63,997 nt of DNA, filler included, from Asterionella formosa (GCA_002256025.1; 7 parts of 7 records of this genome joined end to end with filler, not necessarily neighbours in it), one strand, 5' to 3'. Numbered from the whole stretch's first letter, positions 39,067-51,263 are shown. Notes: a model not told the origin generated them from the sequence alone. A program made the numbers and translations.

Positions 39067-40425
39067 ACGAATACAACGATCCTAACTGGAATTCCCCTTA
39101 CTGAAATCGCCCTACATCGCTACGAATATGACCTTTGGGCCGCCATTCATGGCAACGTTTATAATTTGACTGCATATGCTCAAGTGCACCCGGGAGGAGC
39201 CAGTTTTATTATTTCCATTGCTGGAACGAATGCAACGGATGTCTTCGATAGCTTTCATCCAATCAATTTCTTGCCTCTGATTGAACGTCATATAATCGGG
39301 GTGTTGTCAACCAACGAAACTTCTTTAGCACCGTCGCAATCCGAAGTCTCCGCACCGAGGCCAACCGCATCACCTCCATCTAAGCCTACTGTTCCTCTGA
39401 CGGCCACCATCAGGCCCACAAACAAAGAGGATTCGAAATGCTGGGTGAGACTAATAACTATTGACGAAGTCAACGACCATGAGGTTGATCGGTGGGTGGT
39501 ATTTTATGACAATGTGTATGACTTGTCAAATTACGACCATCCAGGAGGAGTGTATTACATGAAAATGGCTGCTGGAACTGACGCAACATCCCATTTTGAG
39601 AAACACCACAGCAAGAGCTTACTCACCAACTCAAGGGTGGGGGTTCAGGAATTGATGATTGGACGATTAAGTTCGGTGTCAGGTCTATTGAATGATTGTC
39701 TGGGAGGCATGCCTGTATCAACACCTACTCTAACTCCTACTCTCGTGCCTACTGTATCAACGCCTACCACCATCAGACCCTCAAGTACTCAGGAGGCTAA
39801 TTGTTTCGTGAGACTCATTACAATCGAAGAAGTCCAAGCCCACATTAATGATAAGTGGGTAGTGTTTTATGACGAAGTTTTTGACTTATCGACTTATAAT
39901 CATCCTGGAGGTTACACATACATTGATTTGGCTGCTGGAACCGAGGCCACTAACTTCTTCGAGCGGCAGCACGTCAGAAGCTATATCAATGACACAAATA
40001 AAGGTATAGAAAGGTTCAAGATTGGACGTTTGAGTACGAAGGCGGGACTTGTGAATATTTGCAATGGATCAGATCAATTTACACCAACTCCCACCCCTAC
40101 ATCAGTACCCTCTCTCTCGTGGCCGACCACCGTCCGACCGACAAACCAGCAGGAATCGAATTGTCTATTGAGGCTTTTCACTATTGAAGAAGTTGCAGCT
40201 CACGCCGACATGTTGTGGGTAGTTTTTTATGATCAAGTGTATGACTTATCCACTTACACTCACCCTGGAGGCAATTACTTTATAAAACAAGCAGCCGGAA
40301 TCGATGGTACAGCCCTCTTTGAGGTACAGCACTACCAAAGTTATCTGACCGACCCATCCAAAGGTGTCCAAAGCTTGTTAATAGGCCAGTTGAGTACAAG
40401 ATCGGGCCTTGTGAACATTTGCTAG
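39067..40425 (+). CDS. 5'-partial protein with at least four tandem cytochrome b5-like heme-binding domains separated by Pro/Thr/Ser-rich linkers
   Basis: Frame is open from the scaffold edge; four repeats of W..(I/F)...V(Y/F)(N/D)L...HPGG...AG.(D/N/E)(A/G)T..F...H, with both heme-ligand His present in each repeat. Confidence 0.9.
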   Translation, partial: TNTTILTGIPLTEIALHRYEYDLWAAIHGNVYNLTAYAQVHPGGASFIISIAGTNATDVFDSFHPINFLPLIERHIIGVLSTNETSLAPSQSEVSAPRPTASPPSKPTVPLTATIRPTNKEDSKCWVRLITIDEVNDHEVDRWVVFYDNVYDLSNYDHPGGVYYMKMAAGTDATSHFEKHHSKSLLTNSRVGVQELMIGRLSSVSGLLNDCLGGMPVSTPTLTPTLVPTVSTPTTIRPSSTQEANCFVRLITIEEVQAHINDKWVVFYDEVFDLSTYNHPGGYTYIDLAAGTEATNFFERQHVRSYINDTNKGIERFKIGRLSTKAGLVNICNGSDQFTPTPTPTSVPSLSWPTTVRPTNQQESNCLLRLFTIEEVAAHADMLWVVFYDQVYDLSTYTHPGGNYFIKQAAGIDGTALFEVQHYQSYLTDPSKGVQSLLIGQLSTRSGLVNIC

Positions 40426-40453
40426 ATATATGAAACAATAGTCTCTACCTTAA

Positions 40454-42802
40454 GGTTGCTGCATTTGAACCCCTAGGCAAAAATTAAAATATTGCTTAGG
40501 GTTGCGAAAATTCCCTGGAATTAAGAATTTAATTAGCTATTTCAACCAGCTTTTCAGCAAAGCAGGAATCAAGTCATCAAATATCCTTCATTGTCAACAT
40601 TGCTGCAGGAAAATGTGTTTTGCAGAACATGTGTTAGTACATTTGTTGATGAATATAGTAAACAAACTGTTCATGCCTTTGTAACTTACCTACAAAACAA
40701 TAGTGCCTACCACATTACAATGGAAGAGAAATGTGATTCTTTCTTGGAACAAGCCTTGTTAGAAAAATCAGTAATGCAACCGTTGATTGTTGTGTCATCA
40801 GAGACCTACGGGTTGGCAAGTGCCGTCAAAATAACATGTTTGACCCGCCAAAAACAGGTTGCTAAACTCGAATCTGCAAGAAGCTGCAACAACGAAGATG
40901 AAGACCATGGTGAGATAAAGAAAAAAGAAGCAAAACAGTTTGCAGTCAACCAGCAGTTTATTAAAGAAAAAAGAAGCAAAACAGTTTGCAATCAACCAGC
41001 AGTTTATTCTTGGTTGGCACGAAGCTGGATTGGGACCTGGTGACGCCGACATTGTTTGTTCTGCAATGAACTTACCTCTTGCAGTTGGATTTTGGTCCAC
41101 CCAAGGTAATTTCACTGCGGTAGAAGAGAAAGTTGGTGAGGCGGAAGTGGCAACCACTGCTCTTGGCCAAGGACATTAAATGGTAAAAAAAACCCGACAA
41201 AGGATGCCTTCCACTACACATTCCAGAACCACGGTTTCTTTCCGATCCATCGCACAGGATCCGCATTCTTCTCCGCCCTGCTTTTCTGAAATCCAATGGC
41301 CCAGTTTGTGTAGAGAGACCTTCCAAAGCAGATTGTCTCCGACTCAAGATATATTATGGAGCATGGATTAAAAAAAACCGGAACCTCTCTCTAACCGAAT
41401 TCACGGAGTCCTCCAAAGCACCAATCAACCACTTGTTTGGTTGCCACGACTACTGCTCTGAGTCATGGTGTCCTGTCAAGTCTGGGAAAAGTGTTAGTAA
41501 CGGAAAATATCATGACAAGGAAAAGGAAACAAAATTTATACGAATGGTTAATGAAAAATGTGGCAACAAAAGTCGAAGGAGAAGAGCTCCTTTCATTGTA
41601 TCATCCATTCGATACACAGATGAATGAGGGAATGAACAGTGCAGTGTCACAACGATGTCCAAAGAACAAAGTGTTTGCAGGATTTGGTGGCCTAAAATAC
41701 AGAGTGGCATCAGTTGCCGGACAACAAACACAAGGAGTCACAAAATACAATAAAGATGTATACAAACGATGTGGAATGAAAATGTCGCAACTACAAGAAT
41801 CCTTCTGGAAACAGAAGGAAAAGCGATGGAACGATGGTGCAGCCTACAAGGCGCAATTCAATCGGAAAAGGAAACGAAACGAAAAAATTCATGCTGCACG
41901 ATTTGAAGCTGTCAAACAAGAAAGGTTCGACAATAAAACTGGAAAGACTTACAGCTCTGGGGTGGCTTTATTAGAAGACCAAGATCAGGAGGCCACAACA
42001 AAGAATGCAAATGCGCAATGCAAACATTGCGGCCGGAATGATCATCAGAGAAAAAGCAGCAAGCTCTGTCCATTCTTTCAAGGCAAAGCGAATCATAGTA
42101 CCGGTACTGGTATTACATTTGCATCCAGTCTGGCCGGCGTAAGTTTGCAACGCCCTGCAGATCAGGCAAATCAAATGGACGTAAGTAATTCATGCTGACC
42201 AATAATATTGTATATGTGGAAGCGGGCACTTACAATGGAATTTGTTGGAAAGGAGATTTTAGTACATGGTACTAAAAATTCCGGCACACGACTACTATTC
42301 CGATGATGACGTTTTGGCTCATAGTAATTCTGATTCCGATATTTTGGCGACCGTAGAAAAGGCCGATTTTGTCGAGTTTTTGGACGACGATATTTCAACA
42401 TTGGCTGGGTCTGAAGACGATTTAGATACATAGGTAACTTTCAAATAGCATCAGTATATAACTTCTGGCGAGAAACTGCAGAAAGGAACTTCGGGTTTTT
42501 TTACTATGCCAAATAAAGAGATTTCCCCCGAAATTTCGAGTCTTTTTAGCCTAGTTAAAAAACCGAAGTTCCTTTCTGCAGTTTCTGACCAGATCCTATA
42601 TACTGACGATATATAGAGTGAACCTACACCCCTACTTTGTCCGAAGACTGTATTTAAGCATATGGAAACGGTGTGTATTGGTGAAAGCTCCGTTGAGCGT
42701 TATACATATTTAAATTGCATGTGAAAAGTACGTGTTTGATTAGTCTGACTGAATATTATTTTTTTAACCCTACCTCGAGCTAGGGGTTCAAATGCAGCAA
42801 CC
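40454..42802 (+). mobile_element. Kolobok-like DNA transposon, internally damaged; 23-bp TIRs and TTAA target duplication
   Basis: TTAA(40450-40453)-GGTTGCTGCATTTGAACCCCTAG ... CTAGGGGTTCAAATGCAGCAACC-TTAA(42803-42806); transposase fragments GLGPGDADIVCSAMNLP, LSDPSHRIR, HLFGCHDYC, DTQMNEGMNSAVSQRCPK and a C-terminal CKHC..H..C knuckle. Confidence 0.88.
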
Positions 42803-45800
42803 TTAACGAGGCACCGTTCTAAGCCTGCATTCATTGAATGGAAAAGTTGTGCTCATGGATGAAGTTCCTCCCCAAATGTGCACTGCATGAGACTTGATCT
42901 TAAAAGGGTTTCTGGAACTTTATTTTTCTGGAGAGGTCCTATTCTGATTGTGTCTTAATTGTGGAATTTTTAGTGGTAAAAAGAACATTCAATGCATGCA
43001 TACCAGCACCAGAACTAGTGAGGATGAGAACATCACCTTTTACTGTTGTTAAATTCTCTTATTACTGACCAGATTAATTTTCCCTCACTAACTTCATCTT
43101 TAGCATTCCTGAATAGTAAAGCAATGATCCTGACCAATTCAAGATATAAGAATCATTAGATCTGGCAACTTAGGCAGGGATGCAAAAGAGCTGCTAATGT
43201 GGGAACAGTTGCTCAATGCAGCTTATGATGGCTCATTGGAGATATAATGCTGAGCTACGTCCATGGCCTCACATTTCAACATGCAAACAAGCCCAAGATG
43301 ATCCAGTAAAACTCATTTTATGCACACCTTTCCAGTTTCAAATCACTCCTGATGATCTGTTTCATGCCTGCCAGAGGTGAGATGGGGGATTTTCAATATT
43401 CATATAAGTAATTTAGGAACCCTTTACTGTTATTGACCGATAATGATTTGCAGATGCAGTCACTGAATACAACTTGGATTTGCTAAATACAGCTACTAGG
43501 ACTTACTGATGGATGAACAAATTGAGGAAACTGTCTTTTCAGAATAAAAATAAGAATTTCGTTCTAAGTTTAGAACTTGCTGAATACGAATAAAGTGTCT
43601 TGACCATGAATCATGCTACCAATTGAAGTTGCTCTCTACATATGATGAAATTAGCACCTGTGCGGCAACACATTGTCCTTTTCAGGAAGATGACTGCAAC
43701 TTGCTGGTATGTAAAGTATCACAAATTTACCGGGTGTAGAATGATATGGCTTCCAGTACTTGGTGTACTCGTACTTTTCTCACCAATCATGTCATTGATG
43801 CATACTGCTGGTATAATGTTGCCACCCTGCATTCGGAATTAAAAAGAGCCCAATACAGAGAATTCCCTTGTATTGGATGATATTCTCATGACAAATAAAG
43901 GAACACATTGAATTGGGGTGATACCTGGATATGTTTTCACCTTGTATTGGAATTGGCATTCCAACCTTTCAATTCACCTTGTATAGGAATGGTATATCAC
44001 ATTTTATTGAAAAAATTCAAATGACTTACCTTCTCTTTATTGGAAAACATTGTGACGCCCAATAGACGGTATGTCTGGATTTGGAGGACGAAAACCGGTT
44101 GAAAACATGCCAAAAATTGCCAATACACGGTACTTTCGTTAAATAGAGTGTATCTTCTAAAATACACTTATGTAGGAGCACTGAAGGTAAGACAAGACCG
44201 AGGGTGGAGACTGCCTGCCTGCAAATATTCTTGTGTTTGAGGCTTGAGAGGCACAAGTAGGTTGACGTTCTTGCAGCGCTGGGGGAACCGCTCATTCGGT
44301 CAACCTGCTGCAAGGGCCTCCCAAGTCGAGTACACAAGATTGCTAGAAGGCAGACTCCTCCCAAGTTGGGTCTTGACTAGGCAATTCACAACCTTGCTAT
44401 CGGCACGCTTTTCGCCACTAAATTGCCCTTTCAGTTAATATTGAAAACACATTTTAGATAGTGTATGTTGTATTGGTGATACTTACTTCGTCGCAGTGAC
44501 GCCAAATTTAGGTATTTTCGTCAGATATGATCAGCCGTTAAATTTTAACTACACTGCTTTGGTATATTTTCAAAGTGTCCTACAATATCTCAAATCAGAT
44601 TTTGGCAGCAAGCTTTAGTGCTTAATTGTTGGCTTTTTCCGCTGTTCTAAAATAGCATTATTTCTGTAGGTTATCTCATCACAATTATTATTATCACTTC
44701 ATTATCATAAATCGACAATGACAACGAGGAACAGAAGCCACTTCTGGTACCCTAAAAGAGCTATCAGCTTGAGGTGAGAAACAACGCCCAAGTGGACAAG
44801 AGGAATCATGAAACTGTGCCTGTTGTCTTGGTTGGTTCATTATGACATGTTCTCCTGTTGATTGTTGTTTGGTCGCTTCCATGCGATTACAGTAATGCCA
44901 ATAATTAAACTATAGCTATATTTTTTTCCACAACGAACATCTCGATGATTTATATCGTACTCACAATCCAAATAGACCATCCAAGGAGCCAGCCAGCATC
45001 ACATTTGATCCTTCCAGCTACTATAGCTGCAATGTTCCTAATGTCTCGAAACGATTCACAAGCAGTGGCATGTTCTGTTGATCGTTGCATATGCTTTCTT
45101 CCATTCACTTTCTCTGAAACTCAATGCTTTTTGTAATTACTCCCATTCACATTATCGAACAAGATTTGTCAGGTCCGAATATTCCACCAGGCAAAGCAGC
45201 AACTGAATGATTCCAAAACAATATTGGAATCATTATGATCTATATCATTTGCGCTAACAAGACTTGCAATATACAATGTTCCAATGCCACACCACACCCA
45301 ATGCAATTGACAAGTCAGGTTGATTGTCATATTGTTGATGTACATGTATTGGCAATTTTTCACACGAATTTTCCACTAACTCAATTTCTTTTTCACTATT
45401 TATTCTACTCCCTGCTTTTGTCGTTATTGCTTCTTATCTTTTGATTTTACATTTCATACGTAAGTTGCTTAAAAACATCATCTCGAATTTTTCGATTCTA
45501 ATTACAATCATTCTAATGTTTTTTTCATGCATATACCAGTACCAGCATTTTATGGTCCATGCATTTTTAATGTGGCATCTATTGCTTGATTTTTATGCAT
45601 CTAAACTTCTTCCCATGGATAGTCTACTCCTAATGTTGCTCAATGGTCCTGCTCAAACCTAAAATTGGACTGCCACTGTGCCCATAAACAATTGCCCCTA
45701 AATAAGAATTACTTAGAGATACCCAAATTACTTAGACACCCACAGTTCTCATCGAAGAGCAAGACGATGGCTGAAATATTTTCAGTCGGAAGACGGAATT

Positions 45801-46346
45801 TAATGACGGTGGCTTACTACAGTTTTTAACTGGGAGTACCGTGTACCTTCTTCCGTTCCTGAGTCGGCATCAGTTGTTATGATATTGTACCAGTACCAGG
45901 TAACAGATGGTATTCCAGGTAACCATCAGGTACAGCTGAGGTCACAAACTACATGTTTACCAGCACCAGGAACCAGGTACGTGGTAAGTACATATCCCAG
46001 ACAGCATCAATCCGGGGACATAAATCTTAAATTTATCGACATGTGCCGCGGTTGGTTCCGGTTTTTGTACATGAACGATTTTAAGTACATATGATGGCGA
46101 GTGACAGACAAATAATTATCCCTTCCCCCCCATCAGTGGTTCGAAACTAACATGTGTTCATACCGGCAGTTGTGTACCCACATCGAGGCTACAACACAAA
46201 TGCACCTGATACCGGTAATCATAAATGTACCATTTGTAATGATAAGATAAGCACAGAAGCATTCAGAAAAAAAAGAGAAACGAAAATCATCGCATCCCTA
46301 ACACCCCCCACTAGCTGGTTACATCCGTGACAAGTGTTGCGCAACA

Positions 46347-48178
46347 ATGAGTGAAACAACGGGCACAATCTACAAGGCTTGTCAAAACCCCGATTCTGCA
46401 GCGATGCTTCAGTGTGTGTCGGATTCACTTCAGCAAGGGCAGATCGACAGCGCCAAGGATGCCAACGCTTGGTTGCTGATTCTTGCCAGTGCTCTTATCT
46501 TTTTCATGCAAGCAGGATTTGCCATGCTTTGTGCTGGATCTGTTCGCTTGAAGAATGTTGGCAATACCATGCTTAAGAACCTTCTTGATGCTTGCGGTGC
46601 TGCCTTGGGTTTTTTCACTGTCGGCTATGCCTTTGCTTTTGGTGGGACAGGGGACGGTACTACTTTCATTGGGACAACGTATTTCTTTATGGATGGCATC
46701 GACGACTATGCCGCGTGGATGTTTCAGTTTGGTAAGTGCAGGTTTGCTATCACTAGTTTTCTGAGACATGACCTGTTCAAGTACATGCAGGTGCTCACCC
46801 TTCTGATTGGCGTAGCATTCGCGGCGACTTCTTGCACCATTGTCGCAGGCACCCTTGCTGAGAGATGTCAGATGGCTGCTTACTTATGCTACTCTGTTGT
46901 CTTGACTGGTTTTGTCTATCCCATCGTTGCTCATGCGATCTGGTCAAGCAATGGCTTTCTCTCTACATATAACGTTGACCCTTTTCTCGGGATTGGTATG
47001 ATTGACTTTGCTGGATCAGGCGTTGTGCATATCACAGGAGGTTCGACGGCTGTATTTGCTACTATGATCCTTGGACCCCGTAAAGGACGTTTCTACGATG
47101 CCCGCGGCAATCCCTTGCCCAAACCGAAGCCATTCCCTGGGCACTCAGTCGCGCTGCAGGTACGTTGGCAGAGAAGTATTGCTTGAATCAAGAATGGATT
47201 GTTCACTAATAGTTCACACTTCCGCGCTACTAGATGTTGGGTACTTTTATTTTGTGGTTTGGATGGTATGGGTTCAACCCTGGTTCAGCCCTTACCCTAG
47301 TAGGCATCAACAAGGGTGCAGTTGGTGCCCTTTGTGCAGTCAATACAACCTTATCAGCTGCGTCAGGCGGTGTCAGCGCACTTTTTACAAACCTCTGGAT
47401 CATGGAGCGTCGAACGGGTGAAGCTCATTTCGATATATTGATGTTGATGAACGGATGTTTGGGAGGCCTTGTTGCAATCACGGCTGGATGCCATGCTGTG
47501 GAGCCCTGGGCTGCTGTTGTCATTGGCATTATAGCTGGATGGCTCTACATGTTCGGTAGTGAATTCTTACTCAAGGTGAAAATCGATGATGCTGTGGATG
47601 CCATTCCCGTACATCTTTTTTCAGGAATATGGGGTTGTCTCGCTGTTGGTCTTTTCGCAACGCCGGGTAATCTGGAGGCTGCTTACGGACGTGCCCCATC
47701 TTCTTTTGGATGGTTTTACGAACTTTCTGAGGGTTCTTCTAACGCCCGATTGTTGGCTTGTCAAATTTGCGGGATTTTGTTCATTTCTGGGTGGGTTTTC
47801 TTTTTGCTTTTTCCATTTTTTATTTGGCTCAACTACATGGGATGGTTCCGTTCCGATTCGCTTGAAGAATTGGTTGGTTTGGATATTAGTTACCACGGTG
47901 GAATGACTAATGGCCACGACGAAGTTAAACTCGAATATATCGAAGCTTTTAATCGAAAGCGTGGAAGAAAGACTGATTCTTCACCAACTGACGCAATGGT
48001 GGACATCGGTGATGACGAATGCTATTCTAACGCATATGATGCAGGCGGAGACGATCGCAATATTGATACTCCAAACTCGTCAAACGATCATGATCCCAAT
48101 GCATATTACCCCAATGAATACCATCAAAACCAGCGAGAACAGCGCAAGAGTGTTGGTGATTATGATGATGCATTTTAG
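46347..48178 (+). CDS. AMT1: Ammonium transporter, AMT1 family; introns 46732-46815 (in-frame) and 47160-47233
   Basis: FFMQAGFAMLCAG, DFAGSGVVH, LWFGWYGFNPGS, IDDAVDAIPVH and E.VGLD motifs; canonical splice sites. Confidence 0.96.
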
Positions 48179-48375
48179 ATAATTTTTGCTTTTAAGCCTA
48201 ACTGCGGTTGTGGTTGGAGTGTGTGGAGAGGCAGCCCAAAGCATGACCCCAATGATTATCATCATAACCAGCGAGAACAGCGCAGGAATGACGGTGATTA
48301 TGATGCTACATGTTACATAATTTTTTTGGTTTTTTGGCCTTACCACCATTTTCGTTGGAGTGTGGGGAGGCAGCA
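48089..48375. repeat. Degenerate tandem duplication of the AMT1 3' end and proximal 3' flank
   Basis: catga(t/c)cccaatg...aaccagcgagaacagcgca...ggtgattatgatg...gttggagtgtg..gaggcagc occurs at ~48089-48235 and ~48242-48374. Confidence 0.85.
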
Positions 48376-49007
48376 CAGCTCAATTTGAGAGTTTTCACAA
48401 TAATTTTTACTATAATTTTGTTTTTTGGATTCTATACTTCCTGCAAACGCCCCTCAATCATTTTGGTTCACTAGTCTTATGGAAACATCTTCCTGTTTTA
48501 GCCCACATAAAATGTTTCAGGGTGAAAACCATAAAAAATAGTGGATCCTGCATCCTCTTACATGTAGATTGATAAAAGTTGTGCAAGTGTCCTCGCAGCA
48601 CTAGTAAGCTTTCATAGATTCTCGTAGTACTGGACCCATTGCTTCAATAACATGCCTACAACTTCAAGTAAAGCCACATGCCTGTCTTCTTTAGGGCTGA
48701 GCTAGCNNNNNNNNNNNNNNNNNNNNNNNNNNNNNNNNNNNNNNNNNNNNTTAATTAATTAANNNNNNNNNNNNNNNNNNNNNNNNNNNNNNNNNNNNNN
48801 NNNNNNTGATTCACTATATTGAAAAGTGTTGAAGAAATGAAGTTGCATAATGCATGATTAATGAAGGACATTTTTAAGGAAATTTGTTAGAGTCCAAATG
48901 CGTAGACGTGACTGCTTCATACCCTTTAAAACCTTCTTTTGATCCAAACCCAATTTTGTGAGAAGTCTGCACAGGCCAATATAAGCGATAAATCCATGTT
49001 GAATCAG

Positions 49008-51263
49008 CTACTTTTCAGCTAATTTTGAAACCAAACGAGGGGCAGCCAGTTTCAAACTTCGCTGAATCCACTTGTCTTGAGCATAACCAGCTTCACAACA
49101 CCACCTGTACACAAGTTCAACAGTCTTGTCTTCTCGGAGCCCAGCAGCTGATGTGAAGAAAAAACTGTAGGTTTGATTCGATGGCGTACTATTTGAATGC
49201 GCTCGTTGGATGATATCGGATGCAATCTTAAAGGCTCGTTCTCGGGTGGGTCGGTCATACCCTCGAGAAAAAGCGCAGGACATTAATGCAGAGCCGTATG
49301 TTTGATCGTCAAGAGGAATCGAGCGTTGGTCCATTTCAGACAAGAGGTCCCATGCAATCGATGCCTTATTTATAGATTTGCTCTTGGCGACCACATTCAG
49401 GAGTGATGTGTACGTGATGATGTTTGGACTACAACCCTTATGACCAGCCGCTTCCAATCTCTTCATTTCCTCAAGAATGGACCGTGCTCTCATGGCGGCA
49501 GTTGGATCTTTGCTAGTAGACCAAGCGTTAATTACTGAACTGAAAATGGTAGTGTCTGGTTTGCAGGTTTCATTGCCCGCTTCGTACAATTGCTTCATCT
49601 TGTGCAAATATCCCTCCGCCTTTTCAGCAGCTCTTGGATCACCACTGTTGGTCCACGTTGATATCAGTGTACAAAACGTTGACGTGTCGGGGTGCACACC
49701 AAAAACAGTCATGCGATCAAATATAGCTTCTGCCTTTGAGGCAGCTTCTGGATCTCGACTTTTCGCGAATGCATTAATTACCGTATTAAATGTGATGGTA
49801 CTTGGTTTGACATCTTGATCGCCCGCCTTGGCTCTAGAAATCATGAGCTTCAGGATTGATTCCGCTCGGGTGGCGGCATCACTCGATCTTGAATTCGCAA
49901 GGCAGTCTAACACAGTACTGTACGATAGTAAATTTGGTGTCATCGACGGTGTACCAGCCTTGCCCAATTTGTGCATTTTTTGTAGAATCAACTCGGCACG
50001 CACAGCCGCCGATGGTTCGTTCGATTTGGCCCAAGCATGCAAGACAGACGTATAGGACGTCACGTCGGGGGTCACATTAAGATTATTGGTAACCCTTGCC
50101 AAACGGCGCATCCTTTCCAAAATTTGTTCCGCTTGTTCTGCGGCACCTTTTTCACCGCTCTTGGCCCACGCATCAATTAGTGCATTGAAGTGTTTCCGAT
50201 CTGGGACAAGATCTGGGTCGTTTCTTCTATTTGTATGCTCATCAATCAGTTCCTCCAGTAATGCTTCCGCTTCCCTTGCCCTTCCTTTCTTGGCCAATGC
50301 AGAAATAGCCGTACCATACGTGGATGCTACGGGTTTAACATTTGGATTGCGTCCCTTCCGGTACATTGTTCGCATCTTGTTGAATAATTCCATACTTCGG
50401 TCGGCAGATCTCGCATCCTCACTTTTGGCCCATCCATCTATAACAAGTTGAAATCGAATTGCTGAAGGATCCGGACATGAAAATAGTAGTTCTTCTGCTC
50501 GTTGTAGTGCTCCAGACTGTTTGCTACTCGCCCATGTGGCAATCAGAGACGTATACGCGGGTGCGTCCGGTCGTACATCATCCCATCCATTGGCCGTCAA
50601 TGTCTGCATTTTCTGGACCAACGCTTCTGCACGTTGGGCTGCATCAGGAGTTCCACATTTAGAAAGTGCAAACAACGCATTGTGGAACGTTTGTGCATTG
50701 GGCCGAGAGAAAGGATTGTCCAAGGGTGGGGACCCGTTGGTTAAGGATTCAATGATGTCTTGTGCTAGAACATGTGCATTTTTTTCGTTTGATTTGATAG
50801 CAATGTTGACAATCATGTTGTATACTTTGATATGAGCCGCGATTTCTGGAACGAGGGATCGGTATGATTCTAATTTTTGCACAATGTCTCTTGCCGACAA
50901 TTTATCTGGCGAATGCTTCCATGCAGATACCAACTCACTGAGCAGTCCTTTTTTGATGATGCTGCTGCTGCTGCTTCCTTTCACTGATTGGAAAGTATCT
51001 CTTTTACTTTCTTCTAGTACCGCTCGATCCATGAGCTGCCATGCCATGTCATGTCCTTTCCAATATCGCATGGCTTCTAACGCATCTTCCCAATCGACTT
51101 TGTTCCAAGATCCTTCCTTGGCTTCCATGAGTGTCCTAGAAACCTCTTTCCATTCATTCTTGTATGTATTAGCAAACATTCTGTGTTGATGTCGAGCGGA
51201 AGGATGGAGTGTTAAGCGACAAAGAACCCTCGGACTTTTCCTTTGAAGGATTCCTCGAATCAT
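49008..51263 (-). CDS. Pentatricopeptide-repeat protein, probably mitochondrial
   Basis: Many ~35-45 aa repeats of the form P(D/N)..(Y/F)..(L/V)I.AWAKS...AA.RAE.IL..M; Arg-rich, acid-free N-terminus. Confidence 0.9.
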   Translation of the reverse strand: MIRGILQRKSPRVLCRLTLHPSARHQHRMFANTYKNEWKEVSRTLMEAKEGSWNKVDWEDALEAMRYWKGHDMAWQLMDRAVLEESKRDTFQSVKGSSSSSIIKKGLLSELVSAWKHSPDKLSARDIVQKLESYRSLVPEIAAHIKVYNMIVNIAIKSNEKNAHVLAQDIIESLTNGSPPLDNPFSRPNAQTFHNALFALSKCGTPDAAQRAEALVQKMQTLTANGWDDVRPDAPAYTSLIATWASSKQSGALQRAEELLFSCPDPSAIRFQLVIDGWAKSEDARSADRSMELFNKMRTMYRKGRNPNVKPVASTYGTAISALAKKGRAREAEALLEELIDEHTNRRNDPDLVPDRKHFNALIDAWAKSGEKGAAEQAEQILERMRRLARVTNNLNVTPDVTSYTSVLHAWAKSNEPSAAVRAELILQKMHKLGKAGTPSMTPNLLSYSTVLDCLANSRSSDAATRAESILKLMISRAKAGDQDVKPSTITFNTVINAFAKSRDPEAASKAEAIFDRMTVFGVHPDTSTFCTLISTWTNSGDPRAAEKAEGYLHKMKQLYEAGNETCKPDTTIFSSVINAWSTSKDPTAAMRARSILEEMKRLEAAGHKGCSPNIITYTSLLNVVAKSKSINKASIAWDLLSEMDQRSIPLDDQTYGSALMSCAFSRGYDRPTRERAFKIASDIIQRAHSNSTPSNQTYSFFFTSAAGLREDKTVELVYRWCCEAGYAQDKWIQRSLKLAAPRLVSKLAEK

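Noticed and set aside
40450..42806. piggyBac assignment based on the TTAA TSD
   Set aside because: Termini are GG...CC rather than CC...GG, and the protein motifs (DPSH, QxNExxN...CPK) fit Kolobok.
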